DNA of 64,000 nt from positions 1,984,001 through 2,048,000 of the forward strand of contig CDLV01000004.1 of NCBI GenBank assembly GCA_001244265.2. The letters are read 5' to 3'. Position 1 is the stretch's first letter, and each line of letters begins with the position of its first letter. The DNA comes from Microbotryum violaceum. Lineage: Eukaryota. The position numbers and the translations under genes were made by a program. Of this stretch, positions 16,240-36,430 are shown piece after piece. A model generated the notes under the pieces. The model saw nothing but the letters and a program-made list of their open reading frames with translations. It was not told the DNA's origin and ran no database searches.

Positions 16240-18420
16240 ACCCATGTACCTAAAATCGCTGTTTTTGACTGTGTTGGCCGCCTATAGTGAATGTACCAGT
16301 ACAGTATTGCGTCCGCCGCACCTGCCTGTGATTTGGCAGAAGTCATGTACGACCCTTTTCGCATTTTCTACACCATAAAAGTCGAGCTACAGCCCGAGGA
16401 CAATTGTTGTTGATTTTTGGCGGGGTGCGCAACTATTGAGCAGTTTGTGTATGATTTAATGTATAGCAAGCGCGTGGGTTTGCATGACACTTCTTCTACA
16501 GAGCTCAGGCGTGGTCTCGCTGTCGTTGACGCGCGGACGCGTGCACCGCTACGCTGCGCGATGCCCCGTCGATCACGTGACGTATTTCTGGCATCCCGAT
16601 ACCGGTTTTAGGGGCTCAACAACAACATGAGGTTCCAGGCGCTGTGAATACTCCGGCGCTACTCTCTCCAAATTTCGCCTTTTCCCTCCTACTCTCATCG
16701 AATCTTCGTGACAACCGCGCCGAGTCTCTGGCGCGAGGATAGCGTATCGCCGTACCATGGGAGACCATGGGCCTGCTCGAGCTTGCTCAAGCGCCTGCCG
16801 CTGAGCCGGCTGCTCGACTCTCCTCTTTGTCCCGCTCCGATCAACAGAATCAGCTCCCCGCGCGTGATGACAACCACTCGACCGATCTTGATATTGCGAC
16901 CCGTATAAGCGTCCGCCGTACAGCTTTGTAGAACGGACAGCGTGGTCAGCGCGAGGGCCCGATGGTCGATCCGACGCTGAGCTCGCCCCACCACCACCTC
17001 TTCCTGCGCAGAGCAAGTGACAGGCCTCGAACCGCGCTCAAACCACTCAAGCCCCACGTTCCCATCCGCGACTAATTGGCCCCAGATGGCCGTGTGTGCC
17101 CACTGCAAGGCTCGACACTGGGAGTGCAAAGGACGAACCGGACACTTCAGCACGTGCTGCTCGCAGGGTAAGGTGCAGCTACCTCCCCCTCCCCAGCCCA
17201 ATCCCGAGTATCGGCAGCTTCTTGAAGGCTCGGATAGCGGTCAGTCTCTCCAGTCTGTCGTAGGCCCACATGCTGAACTGTTCGACCCGCCTACACAGAG
17301 ACGGTTGCATTCCGCGAGAATGCCCGGTCGTACAACAACTTGAACGTGCTGTCTTCACTTCGCTCGCTGCCCACTTTGACCAGACTCGACTAGGCACTCA
17401 AGGACCCCGCATGTTTCGGATATTTCGACGCCTTTACCATCGACTCGGCGCCTCTCGGCGCCCTGAATCCTGCCGTCAATCAGCGCCCAACCTTTGCCAA
17501 AACATGGCTCATCTGCCCGGCCGAAGCCACCGACACTCAACTTGGACCCGACGGCGCAGACAGTCGCATACAAAGATCTACTTTGACCAAGCTCGATTCT
17601 ACGTTGCGTACCGGCAATCGCTTGGTGAGGGAACTTGCATCGGCCAAAGCTCGCGCAGGTTAGGCCAAAGAGTGGGTCCTGCGCCTCTGTGGCCGAGACC
17701 GACGCATACACAACCTTCCTACGTCGAGCACCGAAATGGCGATGCTTATCTGCGATTCCGACACCAACACCGGAGATCGTGGACCGCAAGACCTTATTCT
17801 CCAGGTGCACGGTGATCGATGTCCCGAAGGTCGGCCCAAGTACCAAGTTGTCAGCTCGCTCCATCCGTCTGCGACGCCTCTCCGTTACCCACTCCTATTC
17901 CCTACAGGAGAAGATGGCTTCCTCCCCAACATTCCTCTGTGCAGTTCCAACCAAGCTGGGTCACCCTTCGCTGACGAAGAGGATGAAGACGAGGAGGAAG
18001 GGGACGAAGAGAATGGTGATGGTGAAGCGCCTTCGGTTCTCGGATGTTCCATTCTGTTAAGGCGCACGCACAGACTGCACAGACTGACATTGAACGTTTG
18101 AACATCTAGGACGAAGCTCAAATCAAGGGGATCGAGGTGGCGAGTCTCGCGTTCACAATCATTTGCGTACTACTTGCACAAACGCGACGAGTACTTCTCA
18201 ATCCCGCATTGTACCCAACGTGCCTTCCTGGCGTTCGTGATGACGGATACTCCCAGGTCGAGACCGATCGACTCAACTTACCTCCAGTTGGATCAAGAAA
18301 AACCTCCGCCTCACCACGGGCCAAGGCATCATCAGCTTGACCCCGGATCAAGTTGGATGTTCGGTGATTTTGGGCTCAACGTTCAAGAATAGACCGCGCG
18401 AGAACACGCAGCCTTACCAA
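16240..18420 (+). mobile_element. Second, diverged and truncated Helitron copy (5' portion), inverted relative to the first
   Basis: CAHCKARHWEC..TCCSQGKVQLPPPP and MAMLICDSDTNTGDRGPQDLILQVHG match copy 1; same intron (17240-17298); stops before the HUH motif. Confidence 0.9.
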
Positions 18421-19155
18421 TTACACTAGGGGCACACGCGGAGGGCTAAAACCCCAGCGCGATTTTACCCAAGGCGCCAGAGTAAAAACCCCGCTCGCAG
18501 AGTGAGGTATTCCCCATCCTTCCTCGGGGAATACCCAAGGTGCTTGGCCCGAGCCGCAGCAGGCAAATTTGACGACTTAAATGAAATGGACCGCAATTGC
18601 GCATTAGCGGGGTTTTGGCATCTCATTAGGCCAGGAAGTAATCTTTGAATAGTGCAGCAGTAACCGAAATTGATTGCTGTAGTAGCTAGTGCGGTTGCAT
18701 ACTTCAGCTACACTCAATCACGCTACTTGACATAATCATTTGAGATTTCTTTACGATTTCACAGCTAGGAAGCGACTACAAAGACCGCTCTAATAGGGCC
18801 CGGGTACGATTCAGGGGTCTGTGGCCAGCACAAGGTTATACGCCACCGCATCATTCAAAGGTGGGCGAGAAGTCAGAGACACACGCATTCTTAGTCGTAC
18901 ATCATCTCGTCTAGAAGCGCGGCGCGAGTGGCTTGGTCCAGAGGCTCCTCATCGTCATCATCCTCGGATTCCGCCTGTCAGGGTTGAGGTTGCTGAGCCG
19001 TAGGCAGCAGGCGATAGTGAGGATGACGGGACGAATGCGGGATTGATGTAGTTGTTCTTGTAAGAGTACTAGAACAGAGGCCAAGGGAGCTGGAGGTTAC
19101 TGGGGGAGTTGATTATGAGATCAAGATTGCAGAAGGAAGACAAGAGCGATTTCTA

Positions 19156-19473
<318 letters not shown>

Positions 19474-19539
19474 TCATTGCTGCTTCCTGATGTTACCGTG
19501 ATTACAAGTCAGTCCATATATACACCATATTAGATTGGA

Positions 19540-20330
19540 TCACGTAGCCGTGCGCATTTGTCGCTTTGTACGGACCAGTCGCGCTAGAAGAGGCAGGGAT
19601 GTGACATGCATCATAGACGCAAGCTCCTGGAGGTGACGCGATTCCCATGTTTTGCGCGCGTTACTCAGGGTTGCCACCATGGCATGCTTAATGGGCCAAC
19701 CCTTGGCAAACCTTCTTTCAATGGAGGGGCAGAGCTTGGCAACCTGTGAGCAATGGCAGGACATGTCGAAGACACAGTGTCAGCGAATGTGCAAGCCGTA
19801 CAATGCCAAGCCACTACATAATGTAGCCTTACAGCAGCTCTTACGGCTGCGCGAGTGTCCATCGGTATCGCCCTCCATGTCGTTAGAATTAAAGACTTGT
19901 GCGCCGTGATCGTTTGAACAGTCAGGGGTAAATCAAACTTTTCTGTCACGTCCTCATGGGTGTCAGGCAGCAGAGGAACCCAATCAGGGTTGCAACAACC
20001 GCGCCCATACAGAAAGAGGGGAGCAGCCTCAAGTTCGATGTCCCCTCGAGCCATCTCGTTTCTGACCACGCCCTGTAGCCCGGAATTATGAGTGGAGGCA
20101 GCGACATCAACATCGACAAGAATCGAGATGCGACTTACTCGGAAGTAGAGATAATGAAGATGGCGGACTCCGTTTGCCATCAAGAAGTTGGGAAATGAGA
20201 TACCTTTTGCCCACTTGAAGTCCGCTTCCGGGATCGCTCTCAGTGCTCGACGTTGCACTGCCAGGGTTAGGGAAAACACAGGAGGCGTGGTCGGTCAAGT
20301 GACCAACGATGCAGTTTTAATCAGCCTCAT
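19540..20330 (-). pseudogene. Possible intron-containing gene remnant of unknown function
   Basis: 204-aa ORF plus a downstream in-frame segment after a GTAAGA..CAG-like intron; no recognisable domain; in-frame stop upstream. Confidence 0.3.
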
Positions 20331-20685
20331 CGTAGCGGTAACAGTCATGAATGTGAGCAAGGCGCTAGCTTCTCCGCCACCGTGTCAGTCATTCAACTAG
20401 GAGAAGTAAACAAAGAGCTTCGCTGTGGAGGCGGGGGTACCAAAGAGGGGCTTACAACGATCAGTGTCAGGTGTCATTGCTGTCTCCGTGAGTTTTCACG
20501 GGCTGTACGGCCCCGCGTAAGTAACACAAGGAGATATAAGGGGGAGCGGCGGGGGAACGGCGGCGACGGGAAGGAAAGAGGGGAAGAGTGGGACAGGCGC
20601 GCTCCCGTGAAGTCTTCAATTGTTGTTTTGCTCTTGAGTAGCGCAATCGAGAAGCGGGCCTTAGCGCGCTGCCCCTAAAGCCGGC

Positions 20686-25550
<4,865 letters not shown>

Positions 25551-28500
25551 GGCCCCCCTGGCCACACCTTCTGCAGGTCGAGCGCGATCCCGCGCCGAAC
25601 GAGGGCGTCGAGGAAGGGCTGGAACGTGATGTTCCAAACCGGGCACGAGAGGGGATCCCCCTGACCGAGACCACACAGCAACCGCACCAACTCCGTGGGG
25701 AACCCATTGATGAGGTAGCGCACCCCCAGAGTCTCGGGATCGTACAGAGCACGCAGCAGGGAAATGAAACGCTCACCAAAGCCAAAGGCCTCGAAGACGT
25801 CGAAGATCCATGCGTGATCGACCCGATCATACACGCTCTGCTGATCCAAGGACAAGAGGGCGCCCTCTGGGAAAACATCAGTACCGAGTGATCGGAGTTT
25901 TTCGAGAAGGAGAGTGAGATGACTTCCCGCGTCCGCTGAACGTCTTGATGGCATGAACCCGTGTTGCGCCGGCGGCAAAAGCTCGCCAAGCACCCCATTG
26001 AGTCGCGCCACCAAGACCTTGCTGAGGACCTTGTAGGTTGTCTCGCGCAGTGTGATCGGTCGATATGCCCCAGTGATTTCAGATTGGCCCCCGGTTTGTT
26101 CTTGGGCAAAAGCCGCACCAGCCCCTCTGCCAAGGACGCCGTCATTTTATCCCCCTCCCAAATCGAGTTGAACAGGTCCAACAGCTTGGGAGCGAAGTAG
26201 GTCGGCAGCGCCTTGAAAAGCTCATACGGAATGCCCGAAGGCCCCGGTGATCGCCCTGAATCCGTCTTCTTCAACGCCGCTTCGACCTCGGAAAGGTTGA
26301 AGGGCTCGTCAAGCGCCACTCTGGCTTAAAGGGGCAGCCGACGACCGAACGTAGGGTCCGAGCGGTCGTCATCGTAGCATTTCGCTGCGCGAATAGGGTC
26401 GAGCAGGGACCGACGTGCGTTCGTCGGGTCGCCGCGAGCTGGGTCCGGCGTGAAGAGCGACTGTGCGTGCCGTGAAGCAATACCCAGCGCCTCCTGCATG
26501 CAACGGTCTCGGTGCCATCCACATCCTCCAGCGAGACGATGCTCGTCTGGCGACTCCGGCGGTTGAGACCCGTGCGAATGCTTGCCGATTGACCTTCCCT
26601 CGAGTCGACTGACGGCACATGCGCACGAATGCGCAGCCACTGAGCCTCCTTTACCGCCAACTGATCCAACTGCGACTTGGCGAGAGCATACGCATCGCGC
26701 TCGGCCTCATTCATATGCTCACCGCGTGCCTCCAACGCCTCCATTACGGATTGGTTCTCGGCCCGCAGTCGGCGCATGTCGGCACGAGTCGAGCGGTATC
26801 GTGCGTGGCCAGCGGCTGCGACCGCCCGCAAAGCGGCGTCATAGACGTCACCGAGTGGAGCGGTCCCTCGAGTCTCCGATAGACCTCGTCGACGACCCCG
26901 GGAATCGATGCGACAAAGTCTTGATCGTCAAAGACCGTTGGGTTGAGCCTCAAAATGAAATCGCTCGTAGAGGGAAGAGAAAGGGGGGGGTTTGGCATCA
27001 GCAGCGTTCGATGTAGGCAATGCGAAAGTCGCAACTACGGGTCTGTGGTCCGAGCAAGGCGCATCGAAGAGTGTGGAAGCGCTCAACAACCGGTTTGCCC
27101 AACTGCGCTGGACAAGAATATAATCGATCCGCGACCACGAGCAGATTTCTCGTTTGTCCCCCTACCAAGGTAGTGAGGGCGAGTGAATGCCGGGGTGATG
27201 GGATGGAGTTGTCGGATCGTGTCGAGTGGGTTGAATGCGATCTTTGACAGCAAGGTCTGCCAGTGCGATACAGGAGTCCAAGCGTGATCGGTGATGGCCA
27301 CTCGGTCGACCGATACATCCGGACAATCATTGAGATCGCCGGCCAAGATCCGAAGAGTCTTGGGCACCGGAGCGGTGAAGTGCAGGAGCCCGTAGAAGTC
27401 GCGACGCTCTTCCCCATTGACCGGCGCATACATGTTGATGATCTCGATATCGAGCTCCTCAAGACGAAACACCGAGCGCAGGATCCGACCGTCGAATTGA
27501 GGGGCTTCTGCAAACACGACCGGGGTAGAGGAGAGAAGACGGCCCGCCAGAGGTGAGCCATCGGGTATAAGGGTAAGGACATGAGGTGCGAAACGAATAC
27601 AAGCTCCTGGCCAAGCACTCTCGAAGCCTTCGCGCAACGCGTTGTAGCTGAGGTGGTGCTCTTGCAGGAGAATGGCCGCAGGGGCCGGCCGAAGGGTTTT
27701 GAGATAGCGGATGATTTTGACTTGGTTGACTGCGTTCTTGATCGATCGGACGTTGAACGTCAACACGGTGAGGGACTCAATCATGATTAAATCAGATCAG
27801 CGCCGCCCCCTCGAATTCGGTCATCTTGGACCTGTGACCCCCTGAACTGTTGCCCCCTGAGCCGTCACCCCTGATGCACCGAGGATCATGGCGGATCCCG
27901 CCCGGGTGACACGTCGGTTGCCGGGTGCCGAGCTCGAACGAAAGCGTCGAGGACTCGTCGAGGCTATCGAGGTCGTCGAGGTTGCCGATGATTCCGACGT
28001 GCCACCGGACAAAGGCGATGCCGGAGCAGAAGTAGAAGGCGAAGGAGAGATCGGGGTCGAAACGGGCGCAGCTGTCGTCGTCTGCGTCTCCTTTGTTGGG
28101 CCCGTGGTCGCACGGGTCAACGTCTCTTTCCCAGTGTCGCCGCCCTCCGGTTCGGTCGAAGCGACCGATTCGCCGTCGTCGTCGTCGTCGTCACCGTCGC
28201 CGTCGTTCGCATCGTCCTTGTTGCCGGTCGCTGCCCCTGCGGGGTTAGCACGAGGTCCCAGCTGGATCATGTTCGTGCCAGAGGCACGAGAGTTCAATGC
28301 GGCAGGCCCACCGTGCTTCCCATTCTTTCCAGCAACTCGGAAGCCGGTGGTCGAAGTCGAAGTCGAAGTTGAAGCCCCCGGAACAGGGGCGGCGGTGGCC
28401 GGAGTCGAAGCCGGCTTCCTGCAAGCCCCCACTGGTGTCCGGCGCGATCGCACACGGCGCAGTAGTGCGTCTCAAATTCGTGTCGCAAGCCGTACTTGGC

Positions 28501-29527
28501 GCCCAGGATCTCGATCTCTTGTGGCAAGGCGGCGTTGTGCGCAGCCTTCTGCGTCTCGGTGGAGCCTTGGAAAAGATCAGCATGTAAGCGAAGGTACGCG
28601 CAGTGGAACCTGTCTTCGGTCATGGCCATCGGGTCACCGTTCGGATCGACCGCGAGGCCCCGCTGTAATTGCATGAGGGTATGCCCTTGCGTGCAACCAG
28701 CGTGGCCAAAGGAGGAAGTGAGAGCAGCGTCGAGAGATTTTCGGAGCACGGAAGCGGGAATTGCGCTGGAAGAGGAGGGTAAGGTGAATCGCACCTGGAC
28801 AATGTGGTTTAGGAGGGAAACACTCGGAGCTCGGTGACCATCTCTTTTCCGTGATAGGGGAATGGACCCGCTGCAGCGGCTTCGAGACAGGCCTGGTCGG
28901 ATTCGAACACGAGCAAGCGGGAACCTCTTCGTTGCCTTCATCACGATCGGGTTCAGCTTCACACATTTCGAGAAGAGCTTCTCGACCTCGGGGTCAAGCT
29001 CGGCGCCCTCGGGCCGCGCGAACATGAATGGCGTCTTGGCCAGCCCAAAGTGCTAACGCCGCGCAATCTGTACAGGGCCTCTTGGGGACCCAGTACCATC
29101 CATGGTGACTCGGATCACGTTGGAGGCCAGCATCGCGTTGTTTCGTACCGCCCTTTGAGCAGCTTGCGCGAGAGCCGGCGCCTGCGAAGGCGGGCTGGAA
29201 GGGTCATACAACAGTACCATCAGCCGGCGGGTCGACTTGGAGGATGGTACGATGCCAAGGGCTTTGAAAGCCTTCTGCATCGACTTCTCGTGGTCCAATC
29301 GAGCCTAAGAAGCCTGGGCAGACCAGGCTGGAGGATTAACGGTTCCTCCAGTGACCGTCTCACGGGTTTCCGTGTTGAGTGATTCATCTCTCAACACGTC
29401 ACCAGCCCACGGAGCGTTGGGCGGGTGCGGGGGTGGGCCGGGCGGATCCAGCATCACTTCTTGTAGTCGTCCTGTAGCCCTTGAAGCAGTTGGTGGGCGA
29501 CTGTACACACTACACGACAGTACACAC
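25551..29527 (-). mobile_element. L1/Tx1-like LINE, 5' part: ORF1 (about 29450-27821) and ORF2 from 27784 (APE endonuclease and RT), frameshifted, cut by Copia B
   Basis: MIESLTVLTFNVRSI..LLQEHH..INMYAP..AGDLND is the APE domain; SPGPSGIP, QHGFMP and GLGQGDPLS are RT motifs; ORF1 has a CAVCDRAGH knuckle-like motif. Confidence 0.9.
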
Positions 29528-30125
29528 TTTGTGTGTGTGTGTGTGTTTTTTGACTGGGGCTCATAAATTGCAATCCTTCGGGTTGGCTGGGACCGCTACA
29601 AAAAGAGCTAAAGGAGGTTATAAAGCAACGACGGCAAGCAGTTGGGTGAAAGTCAAACCCCTGTGCGCAAAGAGCGCTGCGCAGATCAAAACCCGCCGAG
29701 CACCTAATGCGGACTCCAACGGGCGGTGAGTACTGCTGCCGCTTCACGTCCAAGAGCGGGAGCAAAGATACTTGAAAACCAGGCAAGAGCGCCTAGAGAA
29801 AGAAGGGGGAGAGTATACAGAAAGTCACAACTGGGGATACGGAGAACCAGGAATACTAAGACAGAGAGGAGGGGAACACACCCGAGGGGCCAAGGGAGGG
29901 GTCGAAGCCGGAGGTAGAGGTCCCCAGGGACTAACAGGCCGCAACCAAGCCCCAGCTACTCGTCACCCGACAGCGCCTGATGTCCTCTCTTGGCTAAATC
30001 TCGAGTGCTGGCTGTTGAGCCGTCGGGGCCGAGAGAAAAGCGATCCAGTACAACGAAACGAGCCTCGCCTTGATGCGAGGATATTGACCAGAAACGAGCG
30101 ACCTTCCTTCCCGAGCCATGCCGTA
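29528..30125 (-). mobile_element. 3' end of a second LINE-like family (ORF end, 3' UTR, A/(CA)n tail)
   Basis: 29551-29870 recurs at 47821-48138 next to a T20 tract; here preceded by (TG)n and T6. Confidence 0.7.
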
Positions 30126-32069
30126 GACCGTTGACATGCAGGAGGCGCTGGTATTGCTTCACGGCACGCACAGTCGCTCTTCACGCCGGACCCAGCTCGC
30201 GGCGACCCGACGAACGCACGTCGGTCCCTGCTCGACCCTATTCGCGCAGCGAAATGCTACGATGACGACCGCTCGGACCCTACGTTCGGTCGTCGGCTGC
30301 CCCTTTAAGCCAGAGTGGCGCTTGACGAGCCCTTCAACCTTTCCGAGGTCGAAGCGGCGTTGAAGAAGACGGATTCAGGGCGATCACCGGGGCCTTCGGG
30401 CATTCCGTATGAGCTTTTCAAGGCGCTGCCGACCTACTTCGCTCCCAAGCTGTTGGACCTGTTCAACTCGATTTGGGAGGGGATAAAATGACGGCGTCCT
30501 TGGCAGAGGGGCTGGTGCGGCTTTTGCCCAAGAACAAACCGGGGGCCAATCTGAAATCACTGGGGCATATCGACCGATCACACTGCGCGAGACAACCTAC
30601 AAGGTCCTCAGCAAGGTCTTGGTGGCGCGACTCAATGGGGTGCTTGGCGAGCTTTTGCCGCCGGCGCAACACGGGTTCATGCCATCAAGACGTTCAGCGG
30701 ACGCGGGAAGTCATCTCACTCTCCTTCTCGAAAAACTCCGATCACTCGGTACTGATGTTTTCCCAGAGGGCGCCCTCTTGTCCTTGGATCAGCAGAGCGT
30801 GTATGATCGGGTCGATCACGCATGGATCTTCGACGTCTTCGAGGCCTTTGGCTTTGGTGAGCGTTTCATTTCCCTGCTGCGCGCTCTGTACGATCCCGAG
30901 ACTCTGGGGGTGCGCTACCTCATCAATGGGTTCCCCACGGAGTTGGTGCGGTTGCTGTGTGGTCTCGGTCAGGGGGATCCCCTCTCGTGCCCGGTTTGGA
31001 ACATCACGTTCCAGCCCTTCCTCGACGCCCTCGTTTGGCGCGGGATCGCGCTCGATCTGCAGAAGGTGTGGCCAGGGGGGCCGTGTGCGCAGCTTACGCA
31101 TCTGGCGTTTTGCCGACGATGCTGTGGTGGTGGTGGAGTCACCGGCGGCATTGTCGAAGCTGGAAACGCTGTCGCAGACGTGGTACAAGGCAACCAATGG
31201 GAAGACCAACACGGACAAGACGCTGGTGCTACCACTCGGACCGAACTGGCTTCGGGACAAGACGGCGCAGGCACTGCCAACGGTGCAGGAGGGGAAGAGC
31301 TTCAAGTGGTGCGGCTATGCCTTCTTTCGCCATGGTGACTCGAAACTATTTTGGACCCATGTTCTTGACAGGATCAAGGCCAAGGCCCGCACCGCTCGAG
31401 ACCGGACGCTTTCGCCGAGTGGGAGGGTTTTCTATGCAAACGCCCACATCACCTCGACGGTCCTGCACGTGCTGTCGTTCGACATACCGCCTCAATGGTT
31501 CATTAAGGCGGCGGAGACAGCACTTACGGATTTTGTCTGGGGAGGAGCAGGGCGAAATACCGTCGCTCGCGATTTCGTGTTCCAGGCTCGGGAGGACGGT
31601 GGCTTGGGCTTGATTTCGATCGGCGACATCGTTCATTCGGTGGCGCTTCGATTTTGGGATGCTGTGGCGGGCTCGAACGAGGCGATCTGGGCGCCCCTAG
31701 CTCGCGAGAGCTGGAGGTCCCTCGTCGCTGCGACCCGCGATTTCAGTCCATTGTAAGGCCCGTGCGCCTGGGCCTTAGGAAGAGGGGACGCGCGCCTGGG
31801 CACTCTTAGTCTCTCTCCAGCGACTGATACGAGTGTCCAGGTGAGCACAAGGTGGATCAGAAGGCATTGTCATACCAGCGACTGATACGAGTGTCCAGTG
31901 TCAATTCTACATACTTTGGTCCTGTGATCCTTGTCGTCGTCGCTCAGGTGTACACTCCAACGGGGTGTATTACACTTTTTTTTCACACCGGTCAAAGACG
32001 CACACTGCCACGTGCGCCAGCGACACACCCACGGAACGAACAAATGACAACGAACGGTAACAGACGAAC

Positions 32070-34734
<2,665 letters not shown>

Positions 34735-34739
<5 letters not shown>

Positions 34740-34851
34740 GGCTCGGTTGCCTTACGCTATTTAACTACCCTTCTGATTTCAATATGCATCTATCGAAATT
34801 GTCAGTCTTTTGGACTGTGTAACCTAGTCGTGAAGGGCCTGGGGTATTACA
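34735..34851 (+). mobile_element. 117-bp mini solo-LTR-like insert (TGTAAGG..GTATTACA) sitting where RNase H should be
   Basis: Termini resemble the host LTR but the interior differs; flanks ggcgg/ggcga; the same insert is at 60018-60134. Confidence 0.7.
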
Positions 34852-34870
34852 GGCGAGCGACAATGTCAAC

Positions 34871-36430
34871 GTGCTGGCGGAGGCAACTCTCGATCCTGCC
34901 TTCCTTTGCAAACTCAGGGACGGTTACCGCAAGGACCCGCAATGTCAACAAGCTATCAAGAACATTGACTCAACACCAGGCTACTCAGTCGACAATGGAA
35001 TCGCACGGTTCGAAGGACGGATCCTCCTGCCAAAGACGGGGAATTTTCGGGAGGACGCGCTACATGACGCGCATGATGCCGCAGGCCATTTTGGACTACA
35101 CAAGACGTATGAACACCTACGCCGCAACTTTATCTGGTCGGGAATGAAGGATGCATGCAAAGATTACGTTGAGTCCTGTGCTGCTTGTCAGACAATGAAG
35201 ATGCATGGCACCGGTTTTGCCGGTCGGATCCACAATTTGAATGTGCCTGACCGGCCAATGCGGGAAGTTGGCCTAGACTTTGTCGGGCCACTTGTACCTA
35301 GCAATGGTAATGACGCACTGCTTACGGTAACAGATCGCTTTTCAGGCTACGTTCGCCTCATCCCCTGCCGCACGACGGACGACGCGACTACCACGGCGGA
35401 CCGGTTCTTTGAGGGGTGGCATCGACACTTTGGCATGCCACAAGTGCTGGTCTCCGACCGCGACAAGCTCTTCACAAGCGAGTTCTGGCGAGCGTACATG
35501 GGCCAGCTGGGAACGAAACTGGCAACATCGACGTCTTTCCACCCACAAACGGATGGCCGAAGCGAGCGAACAAATCGGACCGTGATCCAAGTCCTGCGAA
35601 CAATGGTCAACCGACGGCAAAATGACTGGTCAAAGCACTTGGCTACGGTGGAGTTTGTGATCAACTCCAGTATGAACAGGTCGACGGGGAAGACGCCATT
35701 TGAAGTGGTACTTGGGTTCACGCCGGAGCTCACACCGATCACCCCAGTGGAGGGCTCAACCACGTCACAGGCAGTCAAATCCATCGCGGAACAACGTGAA
35801 GCAGCGGTTGCGGAAGCCCGAGACAATTTGGCAATTGCAAAGATCCGACAGGCCAACCAGAGCAACAAGGCGAGGAAACCGGAGCCCGGGTTTGCAGTGG
35901 GCGACATGGTCTTAGTTGACTCGCGGGATCGACGACTGCGGTACAAGGCCGATGGGGAAGCACGGTCAGCCAAACTCTTTCCCCGGTTTGACGGCCCCTA
36001 CGAAGTCCTAGCAGCACGACCCGAAACCTCAAATTACAAGCTGAAGCTCAAGGCGGGGGACAAGTCGCACAACGTCTTCCACGCCTCCAAGCTCCGATGC
36101 TGGGTAAAGAACAATGGGGTGGTGTTCCCAGGACGAGAGGCAACGGAACCAGCGGCCATTATCGTCCAAGGAAACGAGGAGTGGGAGGTAGAACGGATTG
36201 TGGACGAAAAGGGGAAGGGGTCAAGGAAGAGGTTCTTGGTGAAATGGAAGGGGTGGGCAGACAGCAACAACACATGGGAGCCATGCTCACACCTGGAAGA
36301 CACCGCAGCGTTGGAAGAGTGGAAGAGTGGGAAGGTGGGGGAGGACAAGGCAAGGAGGGGAGGGTGTAAGGAGGAAGGGGAGTTTGGTTTAGGTGGTGGA
36401 GAGTGTAAGGCCCGTGCGCCTGGGCCTTAG
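34871..36430 (+). CDS. Gypsy integrase plus chromodomain (separated from RT)
   Basis: [27 protein letters not shown] motif, chromodomain. Confidence 0.93.
   Translation: MLAEATLDPAFLCKLRDGYRKDPQCQQAIKNIDSTPGYSVDNGIARFEGRILLPKTGNFREDALHDAHDAAGHFGLHKTYEHLRRNFIWSGMKDACKDYVESCAACQTMKMHGTGFAGRIHNLNVPDRPMREVGLDFVGPLVPSNGNDALLTVTDRFSGYVRLIPCRTTDDATTTADRFFEGWHRHFGMPQVLVSDRDKLFTSEFWRAYMGQLGTKLATSTSFHPQTDGRSERTNRTVIQVLRTMVNRRQNDWSKHLATVEFVINSSMNRSTGKTPFEVVLGFTPELTPITPVEGSTTSQAVKSIAEQREAAVAEARDNLAIAKIRQANQSNKARKPEPGFAVGDMVLVDSRDRRLRYKADGEARSAKLFPRFDGPYEVLAARPETSNYKLKLKAGDKSHNVFHASKLRCWVKNNGVVFPGREATEPAAIIVQGNEEWEVERIVDEKGKGSRKRFLVKWKGWADSNNTWEPCSHLEDTAALEEWKSGKVGEDKARRGGCKEEGEFGLGGGECKARAPGP

Noticed and set aside
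29528-31082. Twin-priming 5' inversion of a single LINE
   Set aside because: The plus-strand piece has its own, different ORF2 end and 3' UTR at 47.4 kb, so two families are involved
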